64,000 nucleotides of DNA from Minisyncoccota bacterium (GTDB lineage Bacteria; Patescibacteriota; Minisyncoccia; Phycocordibacterales; UBA9973): positions 105,383 through 169,382 of the forward strand of contig JBAZSF010000001.1 of NCBI GenBank assembly GCA_041662525.1. Direction: 5' to 3'. Under the pieces are notes generated by a model. It saw only the letters and a program-made list of their open reading frames with translations, was not told the DNA's origin and did no database searches. Made by a program: the position numbers and the translations under genes. Positions 29,430 to 39,622 of the stretch are shown here, piece after piece (the stretch's first letter is position 1; every line of letters begins with the position of its first letter).

Positions 29430-30773
29430 TTATATTGGCAAGTTTGTAGGAGGAGAAGCTTCTTTGGATTCAATACGTTCAAGCGTAGGAACTTTCAAGA
29501 TCTGACCTGGGAAGTGCCAAATAGTCGCAAGCTCTTCAACATTTAAAACATAAGTAAAATGATGAGCATATGCGTTTATAATGCCATCAAAAGGAAATTT
29601 CCAAAGATGCTTGGAAAAAAGATGATGGCGAAGAGGTAAATGAAAGAAAGCTCTTTCTTGATACTCATGCAACATTCTATTCGCCAGCATCATTACTGTT
29701 TCTGTAGATGCGGAAAAAATACCACTATAAAAATCTGCCTGAGCTGAATTCGTACGGTAAAATTCATTACAGTCCGGCTTTGCATACTGACGAAACAAAA
29801 GACGCATGTTTCTTCTATTGCTTAGGTTATAAACTTCTTTTTTTGCTATATACATTATTCGAACACCAGTTTCAAAACCTACCTTTGAAGTCTTGGCAGA
29901 TATTGCTGTAATTATATTTTTATAAACATCAGGGGTACGAATTTCTATACGTGCTCCATCATCTTTTACGGCAGTAAAAGGCTTTAATATTTTGAATATT
30001 TCTTTTTTAGACTCTTCTACCCAACTATGTGGAACATCGTCAGTACTTGGTTTTGGCGTAATAACAATCTGAATCCAGGCCTGCTCCCCTTTCTTGAGCG
30101 AGCCAAAAAATTCCACCACCGGAGAGATGGGATCAACTTTAAATTCTTCTTTCGGGTCTTTGTCCAAGCCGAAATCAACGTATGTTTTAATAGGATAAGC
30201 CTGATGTTTTGTCAGTTTAAATTCACACCCCCAGCCATTCCAAGCACTTTTAGGACTAATCTCATCCACTCCTAAAGTATAGTCTTCAACCACTTTTACT
30301 TGAGCCTGAGGATATTGTGCGTACATTTGAGTCTCAATGAGATCTCTGATACGAGTAGGCGTCCTAATATAAAAATGCACTTGTCCTTCGAGAGAGACAA
30401 TCTCCAATGAAAACCAAAGCCAAACGGCTCCTTGCCACCACTCTTCCTTGCCACCTTTTATACTCCAGTGATAAAGAGCATTGGTAAAAAATAGCTCCAT
30501 CGCTTTTGGACTTCGCAACACTTCGCGCGGAGGCACTATTTCAAGCAAGACGTAATCTATGCCGGAGATAAAATCCTGCTGTACATAGTGAAGCCAAAGT
30601 TTCCAAGCAAGCCACCCTAAAAATATTGTTCCAGCTAAAGCCAAAACTCCTATTACAAGATTATATTTCCACACAAAATAACCTAGAATTATAACTACAA
30701 TCCCAATCCAAGATTCTTTTATAAAATTAAAAAATTTTTCCTCAATGCTAGGTTCTGCTTTTACTTCCGCCAT
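29430..30773 (-). CDS. Membrane-anchored protein of the family associated with CPR T4SS-like ATPases
   Basis: N-terminal TMs; SPKAME, FSLEIVS, YAQYP, ELATIWHFP, PPTNLP motifs (family recognised from memory). Confidence 0.55.
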   Translation of the reverse strand: MAEVKAEPSIEEKFFNFIKESWIGIVVIILGYFVWKYNLVIGVLALAGTIFLGWLAWKLWLHYVQQDFISGIDYVLLEIVPPREVLRSPKAMELFFTNALYHWSIKGGKEEWWQGAVWLWFSLEIVSLEGQVHFYIRTPTRIRDLIETQMYAQYPQAQVKVVEDYTLGVDEISPKSAWNGWGCEFKLTKHQAYPIKTYVDFGLDKDPKEEFKVDPISPVVEFFGSLKKGEQAWIQIVITPKPSTDDVPHSWVEESKKEIFKILKPFTAVKDDGARIEIRTPDVYKNIITAISAKTSKVGFETGVRIMYIAKKEVYNLSNRRNMRLLFRQYAKPDCNEFYRTNSAQADFYSGIFSASTETVMMLANRMLHEYQERAFFHLPLRHHLFSKHLWKFPFDGIINAYAHHFTYVLNVEELATIWHFPGQILKVPTLERIESKEASPPTNLPI

Positions 30774-30791
30774 CCATATATTTTAATATGT

Positions 30792-31823
30792 TTACGCTAT
30801 AGAGTAAAGCCCTTTTTTGTCCTTCTTAAAATATTTTGAATTAGCAAGATTTACCAAAATAGTATTTTTTTTGAAGTATCTTTCTTTCATAACTCTTTTG
30901 ATTATTTCATCCTTTGACAATGGCTCTCCTTCTTTTTTAAGAATGTCCTGTATTACTTCACGAGCAATACCTGCCTTATATCCCCATTCAGCAAGAGCAT
31001 ATATTCCCCTGCCAACTAAAATGAATCGGGAATCTTTGATGAGTTCGTTGTGACAAGTGGCGTAATGTATTTTCTTACCAAAAGTTTTAGAAATAGAATC
31101 TGCCACTTCTTTAAAATGCATTGGGGAACCATGGCGTCTCATCACTAGAAAAGCATAATCTTTCACTCCACGAGTGCGAATGTTTGGCGAAGAAGCCTTA
31201 CCCCATTCTCCTAATTCATTTTTTGAAATAGTTTTAGAAATAGAAAGCCATCTTTTTGCCATCTCTGTATCTCTATATTTCTCGGAAACATCTTTCATTT
31301 GGTCAAAAAATCTCTTAATCATTTCTGTTTCTGGGATAAGATCTTCATCCTTTAAACTTATATAAAGTTTTCGAAGAGCTTCGTGAACTTTTTCAGCCAT
31401 ATCATCATCTACACTATAACGAGTATGAAAATGTTCATCTTCACGATGTTTTTTAAAAACATCAGCTAGTACTAAGAAAAAATTAACATGATTTTGAGTA
31501 TTTTTATCTTTAGAAATATAAGGCAAAAATTCATGTTCAGCAACAATAGATCCTAGATTGTGCACTATTTGTTTTAATTCATCAAAAACAGCCTGCTCAT
31601 TTTTGTAGGCATCAGACTTTTTAATAAGATTAATAGCTGCCTCTTCAACTTGACGAACACGTTCTCTTGTAATTTTATATTTTTTCCCAATCTCTTCGAG
31701 AGTCTTTTTCTTTCCATCAGCAGTTAGACCAAAACGGTTCATTACGACGTCTAGAGTACGACTAGGTAAATGCGATGTTATTCTTTTAGTTATTTTTTGA
31801 GGTTTAAAAGTTATTGTTGCCAT
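30792..31823 (-). CDS. Sigma70 region-4-like HTH fused to HARE-HTH (RNAP delta-like) domains
   Basis: RFGL...TLEEIGKKYKITRERVRQVE; PMHFKEV...CHNELIKDSRFILVGRGIYALAEW. Confidence 0.75.
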   Translation of the reverse strand: MATITFKPQKITKRITSHLPSRTLDVVMNRFGLTADGKKKTLEEIGKKYKITRERVRQVEEAAINLIKKSDAYKNEQAVFDELKQIVHNLGSIVAEHEFLPYISKDKNTQNHVNFFLVLADVFKKHREDEHFHTRYSVDDDMAEKVHEALRKLYISLKDEDLIPETEMIKRFFDQMKDVSEKYRDTEMAKRWLSISKTISKNELGEWGKASSPNIRTRGVKDYAFLVMRRHGSPMHFKEVADSISKTFGKKIHYATCHNELIKDSRFILVGRGIYALAEWGYKAGIAREVIQDILKKEGEPLSKDEIIKRVMKERYFKKNTILVNLANSKYFKKDKKGLYSIA

Positions 31824-31834
31824 ATTATTTTCTT

Positions 31835-31865
31835 ACCCCGTAGTGAGCCTTGCTCTACTACTGGG
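31835..31865. repeat. Intergenic imperfect palindrome (family E)
   Basis: accccgtagtgagccttgctctactactggg. Confidence 0.6.
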
Positions 31866-31866
31866 A

Positions 31867-33711
31867 TTATCTCTTTGATTTAGCTCTCTCTATTTCAGTT
31901 AAATATCTTTTGCGAAGTCTAACAGATTTTGGTGTAATTTCTAAATATTCATCTCCATTCATAACCTCCAATCCTCGTTCAATACTTAAAATAAAAGTAG
32001 GATTCAAAGTTATGGCTTCATCAGTACCAGAAGCTCGCATGTTAGTAAGTTGTTTGCCTTTTGTAGGATTAACAGACATGTCTTCTCCTTTCAAAACATT
32101 ACCAACAACCATACCTTCATACACATCTGTACCGTGACCTATATACAGTATACCACGTTCTTGTAAGTTTGCAAGAGAAAAAGCGACTGCTTTACCAGAA
32201 ACCATTGAAGACATAGAACCATATTCCCTCTTTTTTATTTCTCCAGCGTATTCTCTAAAACCAGTAACCCTTGAACTCATTATGCCTTCTCCTTTAGTGT
32301 CTATAATAAATTCACTGCGATACCCTAAAAGTCCGCGTGTTGGTATATCAAAAATAATCCTAGCAATACCTTCCTTTTCCACCATATCTTTCATAATGCC
32401 ACGTCTTTTACCAATTTTTTCAATGACACTTCCAGAAAATTCCATTGGAACATCGATGACTAACTCTTCATATGGTTCTGTCTTCACTCCATCGTGCTCT
32501 TTTATAATAACTTCTGGCTGAGAAACTTGCATTTCAAAACCTTCTCTTCTCATATTTTCAAGCAGTATCGCAATATGAAGTTCTCCTCGGCCATATACTT
32601 TAAAAAATGAAGGACCTGATTTATCTTCTTGAACTGGGGAAAAATCAACTTTTAATCCAACGTTTATCTCTAATTCTTTTTCCAATCTTTCTTTGATTTG
32701 TCTGGAGGTAACAAACTTGCCTTCAAGGCCAGCAAAAGGAGAATCATTTACTAAAAAATTAAGCGAAAGAGTCGGCTCATCAATAGCAATGTGTGGCAAT
32801 ATCTCTACGCTCTCGTCTTCGCAAATTGTTTCTCCGATATAAATATCTGGAATTCCAGCCAAAAGAACGATATCCCCCGAAGAGGCAGAATCTGTTTCTT
32901 TTCTGTTTATGCCTTCAAATATAAAAAGCTTTGTAATTTTTCCTTTTCTTGTACCACTCTCGCCTTTTATAAAAACCTGACTACCAGATGTTATTTTTCC
33001 AGAATAAATCCTAGCCACTGCCATTCTGCCTAGAAAATTATCATAACCCAAATTAAAAACTTGCGAGGACATTTTTCCTTCCTCATTAATAGAAGCAGGT
33101 GGAACTTTTTCTAATATTAAATCCAATAAAGGTGAAAGGCCTGCACTGAGCGAAGTCGAAGTGTCTGTAGACTCATCACCTAAATTTTTAAATGCTTTTC
33201 CTTGTCGCCCAATTGCATAGATTGTTTCAAAATTTGCTTGCTCTTCATTTGCGCCTAATTCAAAAAATAATTCCAAAATTTCTTCATGTACTCTATGCGG
33301 ATCAGCTGCCGGCTTATCAATTTTATTAATGACCACTATTGGTTTAAGACCTAATTCTAAAGATTTTTTCAAAACAAATCTAGTTTGTGGCATTGGCCCT
33401 TCTACCGCATCCACCAATAAAAGCACAGAATCTATGGCACGCAAAACACGCTCTACTTCAGAACCGAAATCCGCATGGCCAGGAGTATCCACGATATTTA
33501 TCTTCGTTGCGGGACGTCCTGAGTCTTTCGAAGGATAGTAAATAGAAGTATTTTTAGAATAAATAGTAATACCACGTTCTTTTTCTAGATCGTTTGAATC
33601 CATGGAAAGTCCTTCATCTTGAAGACCACCATTTTGCTTCATTAATGCATCAGTCAAGGTTGTCTTGCCATGATCCACGTGAGCTATTATTGCTATATTT
33701 CTAATTTCCAT
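31867..33711 (-). CDS. typA: Translational GTPase TypA/BipA
   Basis: AHVDHGKTT, DTPGHADF, GRGELH, KQLTNMRASG, LEITPKSVRLRK. Confidence 0.97.
   Translation of the reverse strand: MEIRNIAIIAHVDHGKTTLTDALMKQNGGLQDEGLSMDSNDLEKERGITIYSKNTSIYYPSKDSGRPATKINIVDTPGHADFGSEVERVLRAIDSVLLLVDAVEGPMPQTRFVLKKSLELGLKPIVVINKIDKPAADPHRVHEEILELFFELGANEEQANFETIYAIGRQGKAFKNLGDESTDTSTSLSAGLSPLLDLILEKVPPASINEEGKMSSQVFNLGYDNFLGRMAVARIYSGKITSGSQVFIKGESGTRKGKITKLFIFEGINRKETDSASSGDIVLLAGIPDIYIGETICEDESVEILPHIAIDEPTLSLNFLVNDSPFAGLEGKFVTSRQIKERLEKELEINVGLKVDFSPVQEDKSGPSFFKVYGRGELHIAILLENMRREGFEMQVSQPEVIIKEHDGVKTEPYEELVIDVPMEFSGSVIEKIGKRRGIMKDMVEKEGIARIIFDIPTRGLLGYRSEFIIDTKGEGIMSSRVTGFREYAGEIKKREYGSMSSMVSGKAVAFSLANLQERGILYIGHGTDVYEGMVVGNVLKGEDMSVNPTKGKQLTNMRASGTDEAITLNPTFILSIERGLEVMNGDEYLEITPKSVRLRKRYLTEIERAKSKR
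33139..33163 (-). repeat. Family A element in typA (TSTSLSAG)
   Basis: Reverse complement cacttcgacttcgctcagtgcaggc. Confidence 0.8.
33516..33535 (-). repeat. Family A element in typA G-domain (PSKDSGR)
   Basis: Reverse complement tccttcgaaagactcaggac. Confidence 0.7.
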
Positions 33712-33743
33712 ATTTTTTTATTTTTATTTTTGTATTAACGAAA

Positions 33744-33767
33744 CAAAAAAGCCCTAGGGCTTTTTTG
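33744..33767. terminator. Perfect palindrome, probable terminator between DUF5666-like gene and typA
   Basis: caaaaaagccct|agggcttttttg. Confidence 0.6.
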
Positions 33768-33841
33768 TAATCCATTTTATAATAACATAGTTTTTAAAAA
33801 ACAACAAGTTTAAAGAATTAGATTGGTTATTTTTTAATTTT

Positions 33842-34267
33842 TTAAATATTAATATTTTTTGTAACTATTTTTACTGTTTTAGCAGTTAGAATATTTGTTG
33901 TTTTATCTAAATTCCCAACGACAATTACTTTTTCCCCAACCAAAAGATCGGTGGCTAAAGATGAAATTCCATCTTTTTTATATGCAGTTAATGTATTTGT
34001 TACAATATCTACTGAGGAGGTTACTTTAGTTCTTGAATTTTTTATATTTACTGTAAAACCCGTATTAGTTAAAGCATAAACAATTCCCACTACTGTATTA
34101 TTTTGTTTTTTAGGTTCCTTTTTTCTTTTATCTTTATTTTGTTTTTGGTAAGTTGAATGTACATTTTTAATCCCTAAATCTTGTGGTGTTGAAGCAAAAA
34201 TACTAGAACCAGACACTAATAATGATATAGTTAACGCCCCAGTTGCTATATGTTTTTTGTATTTCAT
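33842..34267 (-). CDS. Secreted DUF5666-like OB-fold protein
   Basis: Signal peptide; DLLVGEKVIVVG...LTAKTV motif. Confidence 0.6.
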   Translation of the reverse strand: MKYKKHIATGALTISLLVSGSSIFASTPQDLGIKNVHSTYQKQNKDKRKKEPKKQNNTVVGIVYALTNTGFTVNIKNSRTKVTSSVDIVTNTLTAYKKDGISSLATDLLVGEKVIVVGNLDKTTNILTAKTVKIVTKNINI

Positions 34268-34296
34268 ACTAATAATAATATAAATACTAGATGAAT

Positions 34297-35376
34297 TTAT
34301 TGTGAAGAAATAGGTAAACCTGTCTGCGCAGGCAGAGAAATTATCACATTTGTGCCTTTATTTTCTTGACTTTTTATAGAAATCGAACCTCCATGATTTT
34401 CAATAATCTTTTTTGACAAAGTAAGTCCCAACCCTGCACCACTTGTGCTTCGAGACACATCCCCTCGGAAAAAAGGATCGAATATTTTGTTTAAAACATC
34501 TTTTTGAATACCAATACCATTATCACTAATAGTCAATACATAATTATTCAAAATAATTTTATCTGATATTATTATCGTTCCATCTGGTGGAGTATACTTT
34601 ATAGCATTATCTAAAATATTAAAAAATACACGACTTAATTCTATTTGATTACCTTGTATGATTACTGAAATTTCCCTCGGCTGTAGCTCATCTGTGGGTG
34701 AAGCTAATTTTGTTTCAATGTTTATATTTTTTACATTAGCTAAATTTCTATTTTTTTCTACAATAGATTTTACTAACTCATTGATATGTACGGGCTGATA
34801 TCCTATTTGTATCGATGTTGTATCGTATTTTGATAGATCAAGTAAACTATTGCTAAGTTTTGAAAATTCTATCATCTCATCCAATGTATTTTCTAATGTT
34901 TTTTTAGCTCCAAGAAGATCCAATTTTTTATTATTAAGACTAACCTCGAGACCAGAAATAATTACTGCGATAGGAGTACGAAGCTCATGAGACGCATCAG
35001 CGATAAATCTTTTTTGTTTTTGCATGTTAGATTTGATCGGTTCCAATGTTTTATAAGTAAGTAAAAATCCTAAAATAATCACAAAAAATATTATGATGGC
35101 ATCTATCATCAAAAAACGACTGAGTAATATATCCTGGGTTCTGCTGATAATTAATTGAGAAATTTGTGGATCAAGTATCCTTTCTTCTAAGATTGACTGT
35201 GAAAAATTTGAAAGAATTACATTATAAAGTACGATACTAGAACTACCTAAAATCACTATTGCTGTGATTGAATAATAAAAAGTAAGTCTAAGTCGGGCTG
35301 CAAAAAATCCATCATTTTTGCGATTAGCCTTCCATTTTATAACCAACTCCTCTAATTGTTCGTATGATTTTTCCAT
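34297..35376 (-). CDS. Sensor histidine kinase
   Basis: Two TMs, H-box ASHELRTP, NILDNAIKY, DNGIGI, GAGLGL. Confidence 0.93.
   Translation of the reverse strand: MEKSYEQLEELVIKWKANRKNDGFFAARLRLTFYYSITAIVILGSSSIVLYNVILSNFSQSILEERILDPQISQLIISRTQDILLSRFLMIDAIIIFFVIILGFLLTYKTLEPIKSNMQKQKRFIADASHELRTPIAVIISGLEVSLNNKKLDLLGAKKTLENTLDEMIEFSKLSNSLLDLSKYDTTSIQIGYQPVHINELVKSIVEKNRNLANVKNINIETKLASPTDELQPREISVIIQGNQIELSRVFFNILDNAIKYTPPDGTIIISDKIILNNYVLTISDNGIGIQKDVLNKIFDPFFRGDVSRSTSGAGLGLTLSKKIIENHGGSISIKSQENKGTNVIISLPAQTGLPISSQ
34319..34335. repeat. Family B palindrome at kinase C-terminus (LPAQTG)
   Basis: cctgtctgcgcaggcag; 16 nt identical, in opposite orientation, to 62595-62610. Confidence 0.7.
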
Positions 35377-35992
35377 TATCTTTAATTTTTTTTCTTAAAT
35401 TTTTTATATGCACATCGACAGTATTACTAAAAGAAGAATCTGCAAAATCCCAGGCATGAGAGTAAAGTTCATCTCGAGTAATTACTTTATTTTTATTACG
35501 TATTAGATACTCGAGCACCATGAATTCTTTGAGCGTAAGAGAAATAATTTTATTTTTATAAGTGACTATTCTACTTGTTGTGTTAATGCTGAGATCTCCT
35601 AAAATAAGTATATCAGGAAAAGATTGTTTTGGACGCCGAAGCAGAGCATGGATACGGGCAAGGAGTTCTTTAAAAGCAAAAGGTTTTGATAGATAGTCAT
35701 CTGCCCCAGCATCAAGACCAGTAACTTTATCATCAATAGTATCAAGAGCGGTAAGCATTAACACAGGGATTACAATACCATTTTCTCGCCAATTATTACA
35801 AATTAAAACTCCGTCTTTCCCAGGAAGCATTCTATCTAGAACCACAAGATCATATTCATCACGATTAAACAATATACGATTTTCTGCAACCAAGCCATCT
35901 CCTATCACATCAACAACATAACCCTCTTGAGTAAGGCCCTGTTTCAAATTTTCAGCTAATTTTTTATTATCTTCAACGACTAATATCTTCAT
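35324..35992 (-). CDS. OmpR/PhoB-family response regulator
   Basis: ILVVED, LDRMLPG, GADDYLSKPF, VDVHIKNLRKK, TIRGVGY. Confidence 0.95.
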   Translation of the reverse strand: MKILVVEDNKKLAENLKQGLTQEGYVVDVIGDGLVAENRILFNRDEYDLVVLDRMLPGKDGVLICNNWRENGIVIPVLMLTALDTIDDKVTGLDAGADDYLSKPFAFKELLARIHALLRRPKQSFPDILILGDLSINTTSRIVTYKNKIISLTLKEFMVLEYLIRNKNKVITRDELYSHAWDFADSSFSNTVDVHIKNLRKKIKDNGKIIRTIRGVGYKMEG

Positions 35993-36079
35993 ATATCTCT
36001 ATGATAACACTTTAAAAGTGAAATCTTCATGAAGCATTCCCCTATCCCAGAAATAAAATTTTACTCTTTACTTTAGACA

Positions 36080-36454
36080 TTATGAAAGATATAGCTTACT
36101 GTCTTTACTCAAAAGACGATGTGTTTCATTTATTAAATCTTTAAATTCACTTTCCTCGTTTTCCTTCAGAGAATTAATCTCTTTCACAATTTGATTGAGC
36201 CGAGACATTTTTTGAGGATAAGTTTTAAATTCAGTTTGTTTTTGTTTATAATCATCTTTAACTTTAGTGTTTGGATTATTTAAATATTCTTCAGTTGTTA
36301 TTATTGGATTATGTTTTAAATCCCTTAATACTTCATTGAAATTAATACCATTTTTAAAAGTTAAAGCAAAACCAATAAATTCATTAAAATAATCCTCAAA
36401 CTTAAAATCATCTGGCACTGAATATATATCTTCTTTTGGAGCTTTTTCGTTCAT
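36080..36454 (-). CDS. Hypothetical protein
   Basis: 124-aa ORF with TGtTATAAT 7 nt before ATG. Confidence 0.6.
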   Translation of the reverse strand: MNEKAPKEDIYSVPDDFKFEDYFNEFIGFALTFKNGINFNEVLRDLKHNPIITTEEYLNNPNTKVKDDYKQKQTEFKTYPQKMSRLNQIVKEINSLKENEESEFKDLINETHRLLSKDSKLYLS

Positions 36455-36525
36455 GTTTTGTATTATAACAGTTCCAACGTCTACTACACCAGCAAGAATA
36501 AATCTTTTAAATTAAGGCTCTAAAA

Positions 36526-36709
36526 TTTGTGCGCCGGGAAGGAATTTCTCCCTCGACTAAATTTTTGCCGTCGCAAAAATTTGTCTGGGCACCGACTCAT
36601 AAAATTTTCTACTAAAAATTTATATTCCGTCGTTCGAATCCTTCCCGCGAGCAAAGCAGTTTGCTCGCTCCTTTACACAAAACAAAAATCCCTTTCGGGA
36701 TTTGTTTTG
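36526..36709 (-). repeat. tRNA-Tyr trailer element with direct and inverted copies of the tRNA 3' end
   Basis: 18-bp direct repeat 36526-36543 = 36706-36723; 16-bp inverted copy 36632-36647 of 36715-36730. Confidence 0.85.
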
Positions 36710-36792
36710 TGCGCCGGGAAGGATTCGAACCTTCGTAGCCCGAAGGCGAGGGATTTACAGTCCCTTGTATTTGACCGCTCTACCACCGACGC
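36710..36792 (-). tRNA. tRNA-Tyr(GTA)
   Basis: Cloverleaf GCGTCGG/CCGGCGC, anticodon loop CTGTAAA, long variable arm, GTTCGAATC; CCA not encoded. Confidence 0.95.
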
Positions 36793-36846
36793 GTAAATAC
36801 AAAATATCACAAAATTATATTTTTTGCATCTTTTACCTCCTTACTT

Positions 36847-39579
36847 TTAAACCGAAGATCGAGATCGCACACGAATTGAGCTTTTTATTTTTCTTGCCCG
36901 TCCTCCGGCGGGGCCTTTTTTTGTTTCAACAACAATTTCGTTATTTTTCTCAGAAACAAATACAGTGTCCCCTTTGGATACTTTGTTTGAAATAATATAA
37001 GACGCAACTGAATTCAAAATCTTATTCTGAATCAAACGGTTCAGTGGTCTCGCTCCATAATGTGGGTTATATCCTTCTTTTGCTAAATAAGAAAGTGCTC
37101 CATCAGAAATCTCAAAATTTATTCCTTTGGCTTTCAGACGATCAACTACAACCTTGATACGCAAATTGACTATTTCTTTTAGAGCAATTTCCGACAAAAC
37201 ATCAAAGACAATAATCTCATCTAAGCGATTCAAAAATTCTGGACGAAAATTATCTTTTAACGCTTCTGTCACTTTTTCTTTCATACTACCATAATCTTGT
37301 TTTTGAGAATTATTAGAAAATCCAATTGATTCCATCTTTTCTACAAATTGTGAACCGATATTAGAAGTCAAAATTATAATAGTATTTTTGAAATTTACTA
37401 CTCTTCCTTTACCATCAGTCAGTCGCCCTTCATCAATAACCTGCAGAAGCATGTTAAAAACTTCTGGATGAGCTTTTTCAATTTCATCAAAGAGAATCAC
37501 CGCATATGGACGATGCCGAACAGCTTCAGTCAATTGACCAGCCTCATCGTATCCCACATATCCTGGCGGAGACCCAATGAGCTTGGACATAGAATGTCTC
37601 TCTGTATATTCAGACATATCCACCCGAATAATCGCACTCTCATCATTAAACATAAATTGCCCAAGTGCCTTTGTGAGTTCAGTCTTACCGACACCTGATG
37701 GACCTAGAAAAATAAAAGAACCGATTGGTCGATTTGGATCTCCGATACCAGCACGAGAACGACGAATAACATCAGCCACGCGCCCGATAGCAGCGTCCTG
37801 ACCCACCACTCTCTTTTTTAGTTCAACCTCCATCTTTTCAAGCTTTTCACGTTCTTCTTCAAGCATCTTTGTGAGTGGTATTCCCGTCCAACGAGCCACC
37901 ACCTCGGCGATATCTTCAGCAGTGATTTCTTCTTTTAAAATTCTACGAGATTTTTGCAATTTCTTTAATCGTGCGAGTTTTATATCGAGCTCTTTCTGAA
38001 GGGTAGGTATTTTCCCATAACGTAATTCAGCAGCTAAAGTAAGATCCGCTTTCATTTCTGCATCTTCGGCTTCCAAACGAATACTTTCGAGTTCTTTCTT
38101 AATACCTCTGATTTCTAATACGATTGTTTTTTCGTTCTGCCATTTTAATTCCAATTCTTTTGTCTTCTCAGACAAATTACCTATTTCTTTGTCTATTTCT
38201 TTAATTCTATTTTTTATTTCATTATTTTTTCCTTGTACTTTTTCTTTTTGTTTTTCTTCTCCACTCGAAGAACTGATCTCTTTTTTGAGAGCTTCTTTTT
38301 CGATTTCTAAACGCATTGTTTTTTTGTTCGCATCTTCTAAAATCGGTGGCTTATTTTCAAGCATTATCTTTAATGAAGAAGAAGCTTCATCAATCAAGTC
38401 CACAGCTTTGTCTGGTAAAAATCTGTTTGTAATATAACGAGAAGACAGATTGACCGCAGACACGATAGCATCATCAGTAATTCTGATACCATGGAAAAGT
38501 TCATACTTTTCTTTAAGCCCACGAAGAATTGTAATGGTATCTTCTATGCTAGGTTCATCGATATAAACAGGCTGGAAACGGCGTGCTAATGCAGGGTCTT
38601 TCTCAATATGTTTTTGATATTCTCGCAAGGTAGTGGCGCCAATAGCTCGAAGTTCTCCACGAGAAAGCGCTGGCTTCAACATATTTGAAGCATCCATTGT
38701 GCCTTCGGCTCCGCCTGCACCGACAATAGTGTGGATCTCATCAATAAAAAGAATTATTTTTCCAGCAGATCGTTCGATCTCTTTCATAATGCCTTTCAAT
38801 CTTTCTTCAAATTCTCCACGGTATTTTGTACCGGCCACAAGCATTCCTAAATCAAGAGAAACAATTTCTTTATCTTTTAAAGATTCAGGAACATTATTTT
38901 TTGCAATCAATTGGGCTAGCCCTTCCACTACAGCAGTTTTTCCAGTCCCCGCCTCCCCTATCAAAATAGGATTATTTTTTGTTCGACGTGAGAGAATCTG
39001 CATTATGCGAGTGATTTCACTATCCCGACCAATGACTGGATCTAATTTATCTTCTTTAGCCAACTTTGTTAAATTGCGAGTATATTTTACCAATAATTTA
39101 AATTTCTTTGGCTCGGAAACATCTGTGATATTTTGACTACGGAGTTCTCCTAAAACTTTCATTACTTGATCTTTGTGAATCCTAAATCTAGCCAAAGTCT
39201 CACGTGCTTCACTTGTGACTTCGAGAATTGAGATAAAGAGATGTTCTGTTGAAACAAAATCATCTTTCATAAACTCTGCCAGTTTAGCTGACTGTTCTAT
39301 AACTTGTGCTAAATCAGGATTGAGATAAATCTGATACGAAGGTGAGATGGTGCTACGTGCTTCTGGTAATTCAATTAATTCTAAAACAGAATCAGTCAAA
39401 AGCATTGTATCGATTTCCAATTTATCTAAAATAGAGTTCACCATAGATTCCTCTTGTAGTAAAAGTGCACCGAGCAAATGCAATGAAGAAACATGGTTCA
39501 TACCACGTTCGATAGCCAGCTCATGGGCTTTTTTAATGGCATCTTTGGCTTTAGTTGTAAATTTATTTAATGGTGGCAT
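36847..39579 (-). CDS. clpB: AAA+ disaggregase ClpB
   Basis: Two Walker A motifs ([16 protein letters not shown]), long coiled-coil M-domain, [15 protein letters not shown]. Confidence 0.93.
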   Translation of the reverse strand: MPPLNKFTTKAKDAIKKAHELAIERGMNHVSSLHLLGALLLQEESMVNSILDKLEIDTMLLTDSVLELIELPEARSTISPSYQIYLNPDLAQVIEQSAKLAEFMKDDFVSTEHLFISILEVTSEARETLARFRIHKDQVMKVLGELRSQNITDVSEPKKFKLLVKYTRNLTKLAKEDKLDPVIGRDSEITRIMQILSRRTKNNPILIGEAGTGKTAVVEGLAQLIAKNNVPESLKDKEIVSLDLGMLVAGTKYRGEFEERLKGIMKEIERSAGKIILFIDEIHTIVGAGGAEGTMDASNMLKPALSRGELRAIGATTLREYQKHIEKDPALARRFQPVYIDEPSIEDTITILRGLKEKYELFHGIRITDDAIVSAVNLSSRYITNRFLPDKAVDLIDEASSSLKIMLENKPPILEDANKKTMRLEIEKEALKKEISSSSGEEKQKEKVQGKNNEIKNRIKEIDKEIGNLSEKTKELELKWQNEKTIVLEIRGIKKELESIRLEAEDAEMKADLTLAAELRYGKIPTLQKELDIKLARLKKLQKSRRILKEEITAEDIAEVVARWTGIPLTKMLEEEREKLEKMEVELKKRVVGQDAAIGRVADVIRRSRAGIGDPNRPIGSFIFLGPSGVGKTELTKALGQFMFNDESAIIRVDMSEYTERHSMSKLIGSPPGYVGYDEAGQLTEAVRHRPYAVILFDEIEKAHPEVFNMLLQVIDEGRLTDGKGRVVNFKNTIIILTSNIGSQFVEKMESIGFSNNSQKQDYGSMKEKVTEALKDNFRPEFLNRLDEIIVFDVLSEIALKEIVNLRIKVVVDRLKAKGINFEISDGALSYLAKEGYNPHYGARPLNRLIQNKILNSVASYIISNKVSKGDTVFVSEKNNEIVVETKKGPAGGRARKIKSSIRVRSRSSV
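36896..36914. repeat. Family C element in clpB tail (GPAGGRA)
   Basis: Reverse complement gccccgccggaggacgggc. Confidence 0.6.
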
Positions 39580-39622
39580 ATTTTTTTAATTTAAATTATA
39601 TATTTATATTATAGCAATAAAT

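Noticed and set aside
36526-36650. Second or intron-containing tRNA
   Set aside because: Only T-arm/acceptor fragments are present; no D-arm or anticodon arm can be built.
38633-39136. Long antisense ORFs (this one, and e.g. 42983-43336, 52441-52788, 18885-19256)
   Set aside because: Shadows of well-conserved genes on the other strand, with no motifs or independent signals.
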